This document shows positions 1-10,808 of a stretch of DNA of 64,000 nucleotides, piece by piece. Position 1 is the first letter of the stretch. Each line of letters begins with the position of its first letter. The notes below the pieces were generated by a model that saw only the letters and a list, made by a program, of their open reading frames with translations, did no database searches and was not told the DNA's origin. The position numbers were made by a program, and so were the translations under genes. The stretch is from an uncultured delta proteobacterium (lineage in GTDB: Bacteria; Myxococcota_A; Polyangia; Polyangiales; Polyangiaceae): positions 2,431 through 66,430 of the forward strand of contig CAVXQJ010000001.1 of NCBI GenBank assembly GCA_963763745.1, given 5' to 3'.

Positions 1-253
1 GTGCGCATTGCCACGGCCTATATCGCGCAGCTCAACCAGGCCAAGGTGTTTGCCTCTCCGATCGTCACCACGATCGAGCCGGACAAGGCGTTCTACCCGG
101 CTGAGGCATTATCATCAGGACTACCTGACCCTGCATCCGACCCAGCCCTATATCGCAATCAACGATCTGCCCAAGGTCGAGGCGCTGGAGCAGCTGTTCC
201 CCAATCTCTACCGTTCCGACCCGGTGCTGGTGATGGCGAAGCAGACTCAGTAG
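1..253 (+). pseudogene. msrA: peptide-methionine (S)-S-oxide reductase MsrA, 3' fragment; window starts mid-gene and there is a 1-bp insertion frameshift near nt ~105
   Basis: Frame 1 gives ...PIVTTIEPDKAFYPAE and frame 2 continues DYHQDYLTLHPTQPY.... Joined, they match the conserved MsrA C-terminal block (PIVTEI.PA..FY.AEDDHQQYL). The run gag-gcattatcatcag differs from the expected gag-gactatcatcag by one extra base. Confidence 0.5.
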
Positions 254-329
254 GCGAAACGATGACGATGATCGAGGCATCCGAACGGGAAAAGGAATCC
301 GCGCGTCGGTTCGCGAGTCCCGCGTTCAA

Positions 330-1025
330 ATGGCGGCGCGCGTTCGCCGACTGTGGGGGACGTTCCTGCTGGTGCTGGTCGGCGCGGGCGGCGATGTCGC
401 GAGCGCGCTTTCGGGCGGCGAGCTGTCGCGGACCGCGGCCTCGATCGGCCCCGGAGTCATGGTGATGGCGGCGATCTATTTCATCGGCTCGGTCAGCGGC
501 GCCCATCTCAATCCGGCGGTGACGTTCGCGTTCGCTTTGCGGCGAAACTTTCCCTGGGCCCGCGTTCCCGGCTACGTGACGGCGCAGCTTCTCGGCGCGC
601 TGCTGGCGGCGGGCCTTCTTCACGCGTTGTTCGGCGCGCTCGCCGATGTCGGCGCGACCACGCCGGAGCATGGGCTCACGCCGCTTCAGGCCGTCGTTCT
701 CGAAGGCGTGCTGACCGCGGGCCTCGTCAACGTCATCCTGGCGACGGCGTCAGGCGCCCGCAACATCGGCACCAATGCCGGCATTGCGGTCGGCGGCTAC
801 ATCGCGCTGTCCGGACTGTGGGCGTCCGTCTTCACGGGCGCGTCGATGAACCCGGCGCGGACATTGGGCCCCGACATCCTGCGCGGCGATTTCTCGACCA
901 CCTGGATCTATATCGTCGGGCCGCTCGTGGGTGCGGCGATCGGCGTCGCGTTCGAATGGATTCTGATCGGGCCGCCGACGAAGTCGGGCAGCGCCGCCGC
1001 CCAGGGCGAAGACGATCGCGGCTAG
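330..1025 (+). CDS. MIP/aquaporin family channel (aquaporin Z / glycerol facilitator-like)
   Basis: Intact 231-aa ORF with two NPA boxes (HLNPAVT, SMNPART) and a six-helix hydrophobic pattern. Codon usage is CTG/GCC-rich. Confidence 0.85.
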   Translation: MAARVRRLWGTFLLVLVGAGGDVASALSGGELSRTAASIGPGVMVMAAIYFIGSVSGAHLNPAVTFAFALRRNFPWARVPGYVTAQLLGALLAAGLLHALFGALADVGATTPEHGLTPLQAVVLEGVLTAGLVNVILATASGARNIGTNAGIAVGGYIALSGLWASVFTGASMNPARTLGPDILRGDFSTTWIYIVGPLVGAAIGVAFEWILIGPPTKSGSAAAQGEDDRG

Positions 1026-1056
1026 GCCGCTCTTGCGGGCTTAGGCTCGATGGTTC

Positions 1057-1723
1057 TTAAAAGTCGATTGGAAAATTGGCCGGCCTTTTACGCCGCGATT
1101 CCGAGCGAAGCGGCGTGCGTGAGCGTGACGCAGATCGGATGATGGTCGGAGGGAGCGGCGGCGAGCGTGCGGGCGGCAGCGCAGTCGAGACCGCGCACCA
1201 GGCAACGGTCGAGGCGCAGAGGAATGATGTCGCCGGCGCGATGGGTCGGCTGGCGCGGTCCGACGTCGCGGGAAGCCGCGCACGCGCACAGGCCCCACCA
1301 TATTGAAATCCCCGATGACCGCCGCGTGTTGCGGCAGTGTCCGACCGATGCGGCGCAACTGGCGGCGGTTGAGCACCTGGCCGTGGGACAAAGTGCACGT
1401 TGGCGACCGCGAAATCCCCCAGATCGACGATCTGGCAGACGCGTTGAATCAATAGACCTTGCTGGAGCGCCAATTCGATCGGCGATTTATGGAACGGGGC
1501 CCAGGGCCCAGGTCGCTGGGCCATGGCCATGGACGTTGCCGGGCAGCACACGGCGGACGATAACGGCTCGCCGACGGCACGGGCGAGACCGTCGATGGAG
1601 CTTGTCGAGTTCCTGCATGAGCAATACGTCCGGCTGCTCATGCTCAATGAGGGAAATCACGTCGCTCACGCTGGCTCCGGTGAGCCGCAGCAAATTCCAA
1701 CTGATGATCTTCATGACTGTCAC
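1057..1723 (-). pseudogene. endonuclease/exonuclease/phosphatase (EEP) family protein, frameshifted
   Basis: N-terminus MKIISWNLLRL...PDVLLMQE (ORF 1487..1723) continues in another frame (ORF 1057..1647) with ...VDLGDFAVANVHF.... These are EEP-family motifs, and at least two frame changes are needed. Confidence 0.55.
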
Positions 1724-1922
1724 TTATACATGGGAATTCGAGGAAACTAAGGCAAGAGCGGTGCTGACTGGAGTTCGTTTAGCATGGATCTCCGTTATCG
1801 TCCGGTAAATTTGCCGGGAGTGCCAGGTCACCCAAGTCTGCCGCGTGGTGGTGTTCGGCTCGCCGCGATGGGCCGGCCCGTTCTCGGCGTAGTCTGGTAT
1901 CACCTCAACAAACCGTGAGAGC

Positions 1923-3335
1923 GTGCGGCGCGTGCTGGGAATACCCGAACATATCGAAGCGGCGGTACTTTCGGCCGCCCACATCCTCACCGCGACCGCC
2001 GTCACGGTGCACGTCCTCCTGCACCGGCGTGACGTCGGCTCCTCGGTCGGCTGGATCGGGCTGGCCTGGCTCTCGCCGGTCGTCGGCAGCCTGCTGTATG
2101 TGCTGCTGGGCATCAACCGCGTGCGGCGGCGTGCCCGCAGCCTGAGCGTGCCTGCGGCGGACGAACCGCCGCGGCGTGCCGCCACCGCCAGGCTGCGAAC
2201 ATCTCGCGGGCCTCGAACGGCGGCGCGGCGCATCAGCCGCCGCACGTTCAGCCTGGCAATGCGGTGGCGATGCTGGCCAACGGCGACGCCGCGTACCCGC
2301 AGATGATCGCCGCGATCGACGCGGCGCCGGCGAGCATTGCGCTGTCGAGCTACATCTTCCGCGCCGATCGGGTCGGCAACGAGTTCATCGCGGCGCTGGG
2401 CCGCGCGCGCGCGGCGCGGCGTCGAGGTGCGCGTGCTGATCGATGGCTACGGCGGCGGCTACCTGCGATCGGCGAGCTATCGCAGGCTGCGCCAGGCGCG
2501 CGTTCCGGCCGCACGCTTCATGCACTCGGCACTGCCATGGCGCATGCCGTTCCTGAACCTGCGCACACACCGCAAGATCCTGTGCGTCGACGGCCGCATT
2601 GCCTTCACCGGCGGGCTGAATATCGGCGCCGAGAACGTCGTGCGCGCAATCCACAGCACGTGGTGCTCGACACTCATTTCCGCTTCGAAGGCCCGGTGGT
2701 CGCGCAGCTGTGCGAGGCATTTGCCGGGCAGTGGTACTTCACCACCGGCGAGAGCGCTGGCCGGCCCGGCCTGGTTCCCGGGCTCGAACCGGTCGGCGAC
2801 AGCCTGGTGGGCGCGATACCTCCGGCCCGGATCAGGACCTGGAAAAGATCGAGCTGCTGGTGCTGGAAGCGATCGCCTGCGCGCGCTCGTCGGTGCAGAT
2901 CATGACGCCGTACTTCCTGCCGGACGATCGCATCATCACCGCGCTGGCACTGGCCGCCATGCGCGGCGTCGCGGTGGACCTCGTGCTGCCCGACGCAGCA
3001 ATCACCCGACGTCGACTGGGCGATGCGCGCGCACATCGGGCCGCTGCTGGCGCCGGCTGCCGCGTCTGGCCTCACCCGCCGCCGTTCGATCACTCGAAGC
3101 TGTTGACCGTGGACGGCATCTGGTGCTTTGTCGGCAGCGCGAACTGGGACATGCGCAGCTTCCGGCTGAATTTCGAGATCGATCTCGAGGTCTATCACGC
3201 CGATCTGGTGCGGCAGGTCGAGGACCTGATGCGGCGATGCACGGTTCTCCGATCACGCTGACGGAGCTCAACGGCCGCTCGCTGCCGGCGCGCCTGTTGC
3301 ACAGCGCGGCGCGGCTGATGTTCCCTTATCTGTAG
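1923..3335 (+). pseudogene. cls: cardiolipin synthase (PLD superfamily), at least 4-5 frameshifts
   Basis: N-terminal two-TM segment (LLYVLLGINRVRRRA). HKD motif 1 is HRKILCVDGRIAFTGGLNIG and HKD motif 2 is HSKLLTVDGIWCFVGSANWDMRSF. The pieces lie in four different reading-frame ORFs (1923.., 2264.., 2337.., 2710..). The plausible C-terminus ...ITLTELNGRSLPARLLHSAARLMFPYL is in the frame ending at 3335. Confidence 0.75.
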
Positions 3336-3456
3336 GTTCCGGGGCGCCCGCCCGGCTTGGATCGCGACATTGATCGAGATCATTTTTCTTTCGCGCCCTT
3401 GGCCCTAGCCTGCAACGATCGCGCCTCGCGCGCGGGCATGAGGGATTCGCATTGCT

Positions 3457-4384
3457 ATGACTTGGTTTCGTCGATCGATCGCCGTGCTCGTTGCGGCTGC
3501 CGCCATGGGCTGGATGTCGATGGCGGCGGCCGGGTATTATCTCTCCGAACCCGCCAACTATTCGATCGCGCCGCCGCCGGTGAGCCTTGCGGCTGAGACG
3601 GTGACAATTCCCTCCGCGTCGGGCAGCGCGTTGGCGGGCTGGTTCGTGCCCGCCGCGCCGCGCGCCGGCGCCCCCCGTACCGGCGCAATTGTGCTCATGC
3701 ACGGCTGGACCTCGACCCGCCGCAGCATGCTGGCGCGCATTCGGTTCCTGCACGACGCCGGCTACGCGGTCCTGTCGTTGGATTTTCAATCCCACGGCGA
3801 GAGCCTCGGCACACGGATCACGTTCGGACGATTGGAGGCGCTCGACGCCGAGGCCGCGATCGCGTGGACAAAGGAAAAACTTCCGGGCGAGAAAATCGGC
3901 GTGATTGGCGTCTCGCTCGGCGGCGCCGCGGCGGTGCTCGAGCCTGGCGGCTTTCCGGCGACGCGCTGAATTCTAAATCGGTTTTTCCGGACTTCAACAG
4001 CGCGGTCAGAGACCGGCTGTCGCGCTACATCGGTCCGCTCGCGCCGCTCGCGGCTCATCTCTTCATCGCGACCGTCGCACCCATCATCCACACGCGCGAC
4101 GGAGAGCTTCGCCCGATCGACCATATCCGCGACGTGGCGGGCCGGTGTTCGTCATCGGCGGAACCGACGACCGTCTGACCCGCATCGGCGAAACGCGCGA
4201 GATGTTCGCCGCGGCCGCCGAACCCAAGCAGTTGTGGGAAGTGGAAGGCGCCGGGCACATCGATCTCGAACGGTTCGCGCGCCCCGAGTACCGCCGCCGC
4301 ATCCTGGAATTTTTCGGCCGCTACCTTCGCGGCGACGGCGCTTCGGTTGTGGGGCGATGCGTAAGTCGTCCCGACCGAAATTAG
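3457..4384 (+). pseudogene. alpha/beta hydrolase (dienelactone hydrolase-like), 2 frameshifts
   Basis: Signal/TM N-terminus, nucleophile elbow GVSLGG, and a C-terminal part (...FVIGGTDDRLT...AGHIDLE...) continuing in two other frames (3864.., 4145..). Confidence 0.6.
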
Positions 4385-5645
4385 GCCGCGGCCTTCCGCT
4401 CGACCATGACCGCGACAATCGCGGCGCCCGCCGCCGACAGTGCGGCGGCGCCGCGAGCCCTATCTCATAACCGAACGCATAGGCGCCGATCCCGGCGGCA
4501 AGCGCGATGCCCGCCAGTTGCGCGACGCGGCTGACCGCGTTGTTGACGCCCGACGCCAATCCCTGATCGGCGGCGTCCAGGGCTCGACAACACCGAAGCA
4601 GTCAACGGCGCGACCAGCACGGCGAACGGAGGCCGAGCGACGCCAACGGCCCGAGCGCGCCGACGGCGAGCGAGGCGTGTCGGCCCACCGCGAGGGTGAT
4701 GTAGGCGAGTGCTGCGCCACTCGCCCCACGATCAGCATCGGGCGCGCGCCGATACGGTCCGCCAAGGCGCCGAACGGGCGCGACAACAATCCGATGGCGA
4801 GCGTGAGCGGCAGGAAAGCGAGCCCGGCCTGGGTCGGCGCAGAGGACGCCGGTCGACCAGGTCGAACGGCAGCAGGAAGAACATCACCGAAAGTCCGGCG
4901 TAGATCAGCAACGTCGCCGCGTTGAGGCCGACGAACGTGCGGTTGGCCAAGAGGCGCGGCGGCGTCATCGGGTGCGGGGTTCGCCGCTCCCACAAGGCGT
5001 AAGCGACCAGGCCAGCGACGGCGAAGACGGCGGCCGCCGCGAGAACGGCGGTGTGCGTATCGGAAGGCTGCGCGCCCGACGGGTCGGGGCCGATCCGGCT
5101 AGAACTTCAGGCCAGCGCACCGAGGGCGGCGGCGAGCACGGCGGCGCCGACCGCGTCGAAGCTCTTGCCCTCGCGCCGGTCGGCGGGCGCGAACATGGCC
5201 AACAGGCCGACCGCGATCAACGCCAGCGGCGGGTTGATCGCGAACACCCACGGCCAGCCGTAATTGGTCGTCAGCCAGCCGCCCAGCACCGGCCCGCCGG
5301 CGGTGGTGATCGCCGAGGCCGACGCCCACACGCCGATCGCCCGGCTGCGCTCGTTCTTGGGATAGATCGCGCCGATCAGCGCGAGACTGGTCGGCGTCAA
5401 CACCGCCGCGGCGGTGCCTTGCGCGACCCGGGCCGCGATCAGCCAGGGGGCGGAGGGCGCCAGCGCGCAGGCGATCGACGCGAGTCCAATGCGAAACAGC
5501 TCACGCGCAGCATGCGCGCTTTGCCGAAGGTGTCGCCCAGCGCGCCACCCACCAGCGTGAGCGAGGCCAGCGCCAGCACGTAGCCGTTGAGCACCCACTG
5601 GACGGTGGCGAGATCGGTGGCGAACGCCGCGCGCAGTTCGGCACC
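4381..5645 (-). pseudogene. DHA2-family MFS transporter (EmrB/QacA-like) lacking its first ~25 residues; at least 3 frameshifts
   Basis: DHA2 N-terminal signature ...TVQWVLNGYVLALASLTLVGGALGDTFGKARML..., then ...GGWLTTNYGWPWVFAINPP... and ...IYAGLSVMFFLLPF..., spread over ORFs 5439..6242, 5107..5598, 4460..4993 and 4152..4559. C-terminus ...AIVAVMVERKAAA*. Codons are CTG/GCC/GGC-rich. Confidence 0.55.
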
Positions 5646-6229
5646 GCGACCGTCAGCGCGCCGAGGCCGACGAGGAAGTTGATCGCGGCGGCGGCGCGGA
5701 CGGTGTTCGCTTCGCCCAGCGGGCCCATCATCACCATCACGCTCGTGATCGATGCGATCGCCGAGCCGAGCGTGTTCACGAAGTAGAGCTGGCCCACGCT
5801 CCTGCCGACGTTGCCGCTCTTGCGGACGAAATACGCGACGAGGAGCGGCAGCGTGCCGCCCATGAGCATCGTCGGAAAGAGAACGAGCAGAAACGTGACG
5901 AGCGCGGTCGCGAGGGGCGAGAGATTGAGCGTGAACGCGCCCACCCAATGAAAGAGCGGGAGCGACACGAGACCGAACGCACCGATGGACAGCTCGACGA
6001 GCGAAAACAGAAGCAGCGCCGGCCGCTCCGGATTCTTCGACACCGCTCCGCCCGCAAACGATCCAAACCCAAGGCCGAGCATGAACGCCGTGACGACGAC
6101 CGTCACCGATTCGATGTTGATTCCGTAAATCGCGAACAGCGATCGCTGCCAAACCACTTGATAAAGCAGCGCGGCGAACCCCGACGCGAGGAACACGAAC
6201 ATCAGCCCGATCGCGGAGCGACCTTTCAT
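5646..6229 (-). pseudogene. N-terminal membrane domain of a fused MFS/spermidine-synthase-like protein, truncated at a junction near 5645
   Basis: MKGRSAIGLMFVFLASGFAALLYQVVWQRSLFAIYGINIESVTVVVTAFMLGLGFGSFAGG... is the characteristic N-terminus of membrane-anchored polyamine aminopropyltransferase-like proteins. No synthase domain follows. Below ~5645 the reading frame runs into an unrelated MFS body with a different codon style. Confidence 0.45.
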
Positions 6230-6250
6230 CGCGCGCCCTCATACCACGTT

Positions 6251-6517
6251 ATGCTTTTGGGCGTGCCGAGTCCGTTTCGCAACGATGCCGTATTTCGCGA
6301 GGAGCGGGCCGCCGCGCTGCGCGCCGAACAAGCCGATCTCGCGCGCACGCTCGCAGACGCGGAGTGGCGCATTCGCGCGGCGCGGCGCGCGCGACTCGCG
6401 CCGTGGCTCGGCAAGGTTCGCTCCGTGATCGGGGCGTGGTTCATCGTGGTCGCGCTCGTCGGCGGCTACGCGGTGGGTCGCTTCGTGGTGGGCACCGCCG
6501 CGCACGAGTGTCGCTGA
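6251..6517 (+). CDS. hypothetical small protein (N-terminal coiled coil plus one TM helix)
   Basis: 88-aa ORF with its ATG inside the larger track ORF 5948..6517. Its stop overlaps the next start (TGATG). Composition is CTC/GCG-type. Confidence 0.4.
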   Translation: MLLGVPSPFRNDAVFREERAAALRAEQADLARTLADAEWRIRAARRARLAPWLGKVRSVIGAWFIVVALVGGYAVGRFVVGTAAHECR

Positions 6518-7152
6518 TGGAACGCGAAGCGCTCGCGGCGCTCGAACGCGAAGTCGAAGAGCTCCGGATTCGCGCCGCGGAGAAGCGCGTCCACGCGGAC
6601 TCGCTCGCTCACTCGCCACCGTGGAAGCACGAAGCCGAAATGTCGACGCTCGTGCTCGCGCTCTCGGTGCTCGTGGTCTTCGTCGCGGGACGCGCGATCG
6701 GCATCGCCCACGCGTCGGTGCAAAGCTGCGCGCCCGTGCCCGCGAACGCCTACGCGTCGATCACGCTCGAGCGCGAGCAGTGCTTCGGCGACTGCCCCGC
6801 TTACCGCGTGACGATCGACACCGATGGCGCGATGACGTGGCAAGGGCAGACCGACGTCGTCACGAAGGGCTCCGTGAATCGCACCGTCGACGCGAAGGCG
6901 GTGCGCGATCTCGCTCGCGAGATGTCGACGTCGTGCTTCTTCGACATGCGGAGCCGCTATGACTCCATCCACTATCACGAGGCGCGTGCGAGGATGACGC
7001 TGCGCGTGGGCGACCGCGTCCACACCGTGATGCACACGCCGGCCGACGACCAGCGCGGCGGCTACGGTTCGTGTTTGGCGCCGCGCGCGCTCGTGAGCCT
7101 CGAGCGACGCATCGACGAGATCGCGGGAACGAAGGCGCTCATCGGTCCGTGA
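6517..7152 (+). CDS. hypothetical membrane-anchored protein (coiled coil, TM, then a C-terminal domain with a CFGDC pair)
   Basis: 211-aa ORF translationally coupled to the preceding small gene. It has the same coiled-coil plus TM layout as its neighbour. Confidence 0.5.
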   Translation: MEREALAALEREVEELRIRAAEKRVHADSLAHSPPWKHEAEMSTLVLALSVLVVFVAGRAIGIAHASVQSCAPVPANAYASITLEREQCFGDCPAYRVTIDTDGAMTWQGQTDVVTKGSVNRTVDAKAVRDLAREMSTSCFFDMRSRYDSIHYHEARARMTLRVGDRVHTVMHTPADDQRGGYGSCLAPRALVSLERRIDEIAGTKALIGP

Positions 7153-8630
7153 GGCGAAGCTTGCTGTGCTTGATGCCGTACGTGAAATAAATCACGAGGC
7201 CGACGACGAGCCACGCGCCGAGGCGCGCCCAGTTCGTCCAGCCGAGGCCGTAAATCATCGAGGCCGTTGGCGAGCACGCCGAGCACCGCGACGACGGGCG
7301 CGCCGGGAACGCGGAACTGGCGCGGCGCGTCCGGATTTTTCACGCGCATGATCCAAACGCCCGCGCACACGAGGATGAACGCGAAGAGCGTCCCGATGCT
7401 CGTCATGTCGCCGACGATGTCCTCCGGAACGAACGCGGCGAAGAGCGACGTGAGCACGAAGAACGTCGCGTTGGATTTCTACGGGCGTGCGGAACGTCGG
7501 GTGGAGCTCGGCGAAAATCGGCGGGACGAGACCGTCGCGGCTCATCGAGAAGAAGACGCGCGATTGGCCGAGGAGCATGACGAGGATGACGGAAGAGAAC
7601 CCGCCGAGGATCGCGACGGTGACGAAGTTCGAGAGCCACTCGAACCCGTGCATGTACTTCGAGATCGCGAACGCGACGGAAGCCTCGCTGCCCGACGTGC
7701 GAAAATCGTCGACGGTCGCGACGCCGCGTCAGCACGTGGGCGAAGAGGATGTAGAGCATGGTGCAGATCGACGAGCGACCCGAGGATGCCGATGGGCATG
7801 TCGCGCTTCGGGTTCTTGGCTTCTTGCGCCGCGGTCGACACCGCGTCGAAGCCGATGAACGCGAAGAACACGATGCCCGCCGCGTTCACGATTCCCCAGA
7901 AGCCGCCGTAGTTGTGCGCCACGTGCTGCGAGTCGATGTACTTCGTCGGCTCGGGAATGTAGGGCGTGTGGTTCGCCGGGTTGATGAACGACCAGCCGAA
8001 GACGATGACCATGATGACGATCGAGACCTTCATGATCACGATGATGCGCGTTCAAGAGCGCCGATTCGCGCATGCCGCGGATGAGAACAGCGTGAGCATC
8101 AGAAGGATGAACAGCGCCGGCACGTTGATGATAGCCGTGGGTCGCGGTCGCGTGGCCTTGCGCGTCGAGCAGGTGCTCGCACGGCGAGTGACACCACTCG
8201 TACGGGATCTGCACGCCGAAAAATCCGAGCAGGCTTGATTGAGGTATTGGCTCCACGCGATCGCGACGGTCGCCGCGCCGATCGCGTACTCGAGCACGAG
8301 ATCCCAACCGATGATCCACGCCATGAGCTCGCCCATCGTCGCGTACGAGTACGTGTACGCGCTGCCCGCGATCGGAATCATCGAGGCGAATTCCGCGTAG
8401 CAGAGGCCGGCGAACGCGCAGCCGACGCCCGCGAGCGCGAATCCGAGAACGACCGACGGCCCCGCGCAGTCCGCGATCGCCGCGGCGGTTCGCACGAAGA
8501 GACCCGCGCCGATGATCGCCCCGATGCCGAGCGCGATGAGACTGAACGGGCCGAGCGTGCGCTTCAGACCGTGGTCGTCGGCGTCGGCCATGAGCTTCTC
8601 GAACGGCTTGCGGAGAAAGAGGTTCGCCAT
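7139..8630 (-). pseudogene. APC-family amino acid permease, about 3 frameshifts
   Basis: N-terminus MANLFLRKPF...LIALGIGAIIGAGLFV...GSAYTYSYATMGEL (ORF 8052..8630) continues across ORFs 7542..8039, 7255..7653 and 7062..7457. The C-terminal ...LGWTNWARLGAWLVVGLVIYFTYGIKHSKLRL* was recovered by shifting frame. Confidence 0.65.
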
Positions 8631-8656
8631 CGCGAACGAGCTATATCATTCAGTCG

Positions 8657-9934
8657 CTAAGCGAAGAGGCGAACGACGCCCCACACGATCGACCCGACGA
8701 TCCCGAGCGCCGAAAGAAGAAGGAGCGCCGAGAACTCGCGCGGATGGCGGTCGACCCAGTGCAAGAACGCGTGGACGACTTTCTTCGTGAAGCTGATGTG
8801 GCACGCGACCGGAATTTTTCCCGAGAGGATGTTGCGAAGGCCGGTCTCCATCGCTGCGACCGACGCAAAGCGCTTCTCGCGATCGCGCGGGAGCCCTTTG
8901 AGGAGGAACTGCAGATACTCGACGGGCGCGCGCGCCTTGAGGCCGCGAACTTTGAAGTCGTCGGTGGCGATCTCGTTCGCGATGCGCGTGGCGATGAGCT
9001 CCTGCAGCGACTTGACGTCGTTTTGCGGGTGTTCGAGCACGAGCATCTCGTAGAAGAGGAGCGAGAGCGAGAAGACGTCGCTGCGTTCGTCGAGGTCGTC
9101 GTTTCGACCCGCGGCTTGCTCGGGTGACATGTAGAGCGGCGTGCCGACGAGCGCGCCGTGGATGGTCGAGAGGAGCTTGCCGTCGCCGGTGGATTTCTTC
9201 GTCGGCGCGGGCTCGCTCGCGGCTTCCGCGCGTCGCTCGATTTTCTTCGCGACGCCCCAGTCCATCACCGTGACCTCGCCGAATGGGCCGATCATCACGT
9301 TCGCGGGTTTGATGTCGCGATGGATGATTCCGCGATCGTGCGCGTAACGAATCGCCTGCAAGATCTCGAGGAAGACGTGCGCGCGGTATTCGTGCGTGAA
9401 GCGCTCGGTCGTTTCGGGGTCACGCTTTGCGAGCTTCTCGATGATCGTCTCGAGCGTCTCGCCTTGCACGTGCTTCATCACGAGATACGGATCGCCGCGA
9501 TCGTCGACGCCGACGTCGTAGACGGGGACGATGCCGGGATGCTCGAGCTGCCCGACGGCGCGCACCTCGTCGGCGAAGCGGAGCACCGCGTCGCCGTGGC
9601 GTTGGTTCGGCAAGAGGCGCTTCACGGCGACGGTGCGGCGGATGTCGTTGTCTTTGACGAGCGCGACCTCGCCCATGCCACCGCGACCGAGGACATCGAC
9701 CATTTCGAAGCGCGGGCGCTCTTCGATCACGGATTCGTCGTGACCTTGTTTGCGACGCGGGAGGACGGTGCGGGCGACGCCGATCGTCGCGTCGAGCTTG
9801 GGCGACGAGGGTTGTGGCGGTGGCGACTCGGCGGGAGAAGTGTCGCCGAGCTCGTCGACCTTCGGTATGCCGAGTGTCGTCTTGATCAGCGCGAGATCGT
9901 CATCGAACGTGCTGGCTTTGGGCGACACACCCAT
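8657..9934 (-). CDS. serine/threonine protein kinase with C-terminal TM anchor
   Basis: Intact 425-aa ORF with GRGGMGEV, VAVK, HRDIKPANV, DWG and SPEQ motifs. Confidence 0.85.
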   Translation of the reverse strand: MGVSPKASTFDDDLALIKTTLGIPKVDELGDTSPAESPPPQPSSPKLDATIGVARTVLPRRKQGHDESVIEERPRFEMVDVLGRGGMGEVALVKDNDIRRTVAVKRLLPNQRHGDAVLRFADEVRAVGQLEHPGIVPVYDVGVDDRGDPYLVMKHVQGETLETIIEKLAKRDPETTERFTHEYRAHVFLEILQAIRYAHDRGIIHRDIKPANVMIGPFGEVTVMDWGVAKKIERRAEAASEPAPTKKSTGDGKLLSTIHGALVGTPLYMSPEQAAGRNDDLDERSDVFSLSLLFYEMLVLEHPQNDVKSLQELIATRIANEIATDDFKVRGLKARAPVEYLQFLLKGLPRDREKRFASVAAMETGLRNILSGKIPVACHISFTKKVVHAFLHWVDRHPREFSALLLLSALGIVGSIVWGVVRLFA

Positions 9935-9947
9935 CGCGCCGATCCTA

Positions 9948-10808
9948 TCACGCGGGGTTGGCGCGCGCCGCGCGGAGGAGCGTCAGCGCGGTGTACACGA
10001 CGACGACCGCGACGAGCCACTTCACCCAATAAAGCGGAAGCTCCTTCACGATGAACGCGGCGATCAAGACCGCGGGCACGCCACCGAGCGACAAGCCGAT
10101 CGCCGCGCCCGGGGCGTAGCTCCGTTGCCGAATGAACGGGATGCTCCCGAACGACTGCAAGAACGCGCACGAGCCCATCATGATCGGGAAGCCCGCTTTC
10201 GGATTCATGCCGAGGAGCGACACGACGACGAGGCACGGTGCGTAGAGCCCGACGCCGATCGTCATCAGCGCGCCCAAAATGAAATTCGCGACGACCGCGA
10301 ACACGAATGCCGCGCCGTCGAGACCGATCTTCGTCCCGTCTTGGGGCAAACCGATTTGTCGCCACACGAGCACGCCGCACACGACGAGGAGCGCGCTGCC
10401 CAAACCGATTTGCACTTTGCGCCGCGAGAAGCGCGCGACGATGGGCGCACCGACGAGCGCGCCGAGCGTCGCCGACGTGACCATCGCGACGAGCGTGCGC
10501 GGGTCCACGTTGATCTTGTCGATGAAGATGTACGCCTCGGCGAACGTGGGGATCGTGTGGCCGATGTTGAGCGTGCCGGGGACGAGGCGATCGTCGACGG
10601 TCTTCTTCGCGCGGTAGAACGTCGTCGTCGTCGCGAACAATCCGATACCGAGCGTGTCGAAGAAATTCGTGACCGCGCCGACGAGGATTTCGTATCCGCT
10701 CGGCATGATGCGCTCGCCGCGCGCGCGCGCGGCCACGAGCCCGACCACCCACCACGAGACGAAGACGAAGAACGCGACCCCGAGCGCGGCGAAGAGCGCG
10801 GACTTCAT
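9948..10808 (-). CDS. sulfite exporter TauE/SafE family membrane protein
   Basis: Intact 286-aa polytopic protein with an internal duplication typical of TauE/SafE (DUF81). Confidence 0.75.
   Translation of the reverse strand: MKSALFAALGVAFFVFVSWWVVGLVAARARGERIMPSGYEILVGAVTNFFDTLGIGLFATTTTFYRAKKTVDDRLVPGTLNIGHTIPTFAEAYIFIDKINVDPRTLVAMVTSATLGALVGAPIVARFSRRKVQIGLGSALLVVCGVLVWRQIGLPQDGTKIGLDGAAFVFAVVANFILGALMTIGVGLYAPCLVVVSLLGMNPKAGFPIMMGSCAFLQSFGSIPFIRQRSYAPGAAIGLSLGGVPAVLIAAFIVKELPLYWVKWLVAVVVVYTALTLLRAARANPA

Noticed and set aside
1026-1056. Intrinsic terminator after the aquaporin gene (GGCCGC-TCTT-GCGGGC)
   Set aside because: The stem has a mismatch and is not followed by a T-rich tract. 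It is too weak to call.
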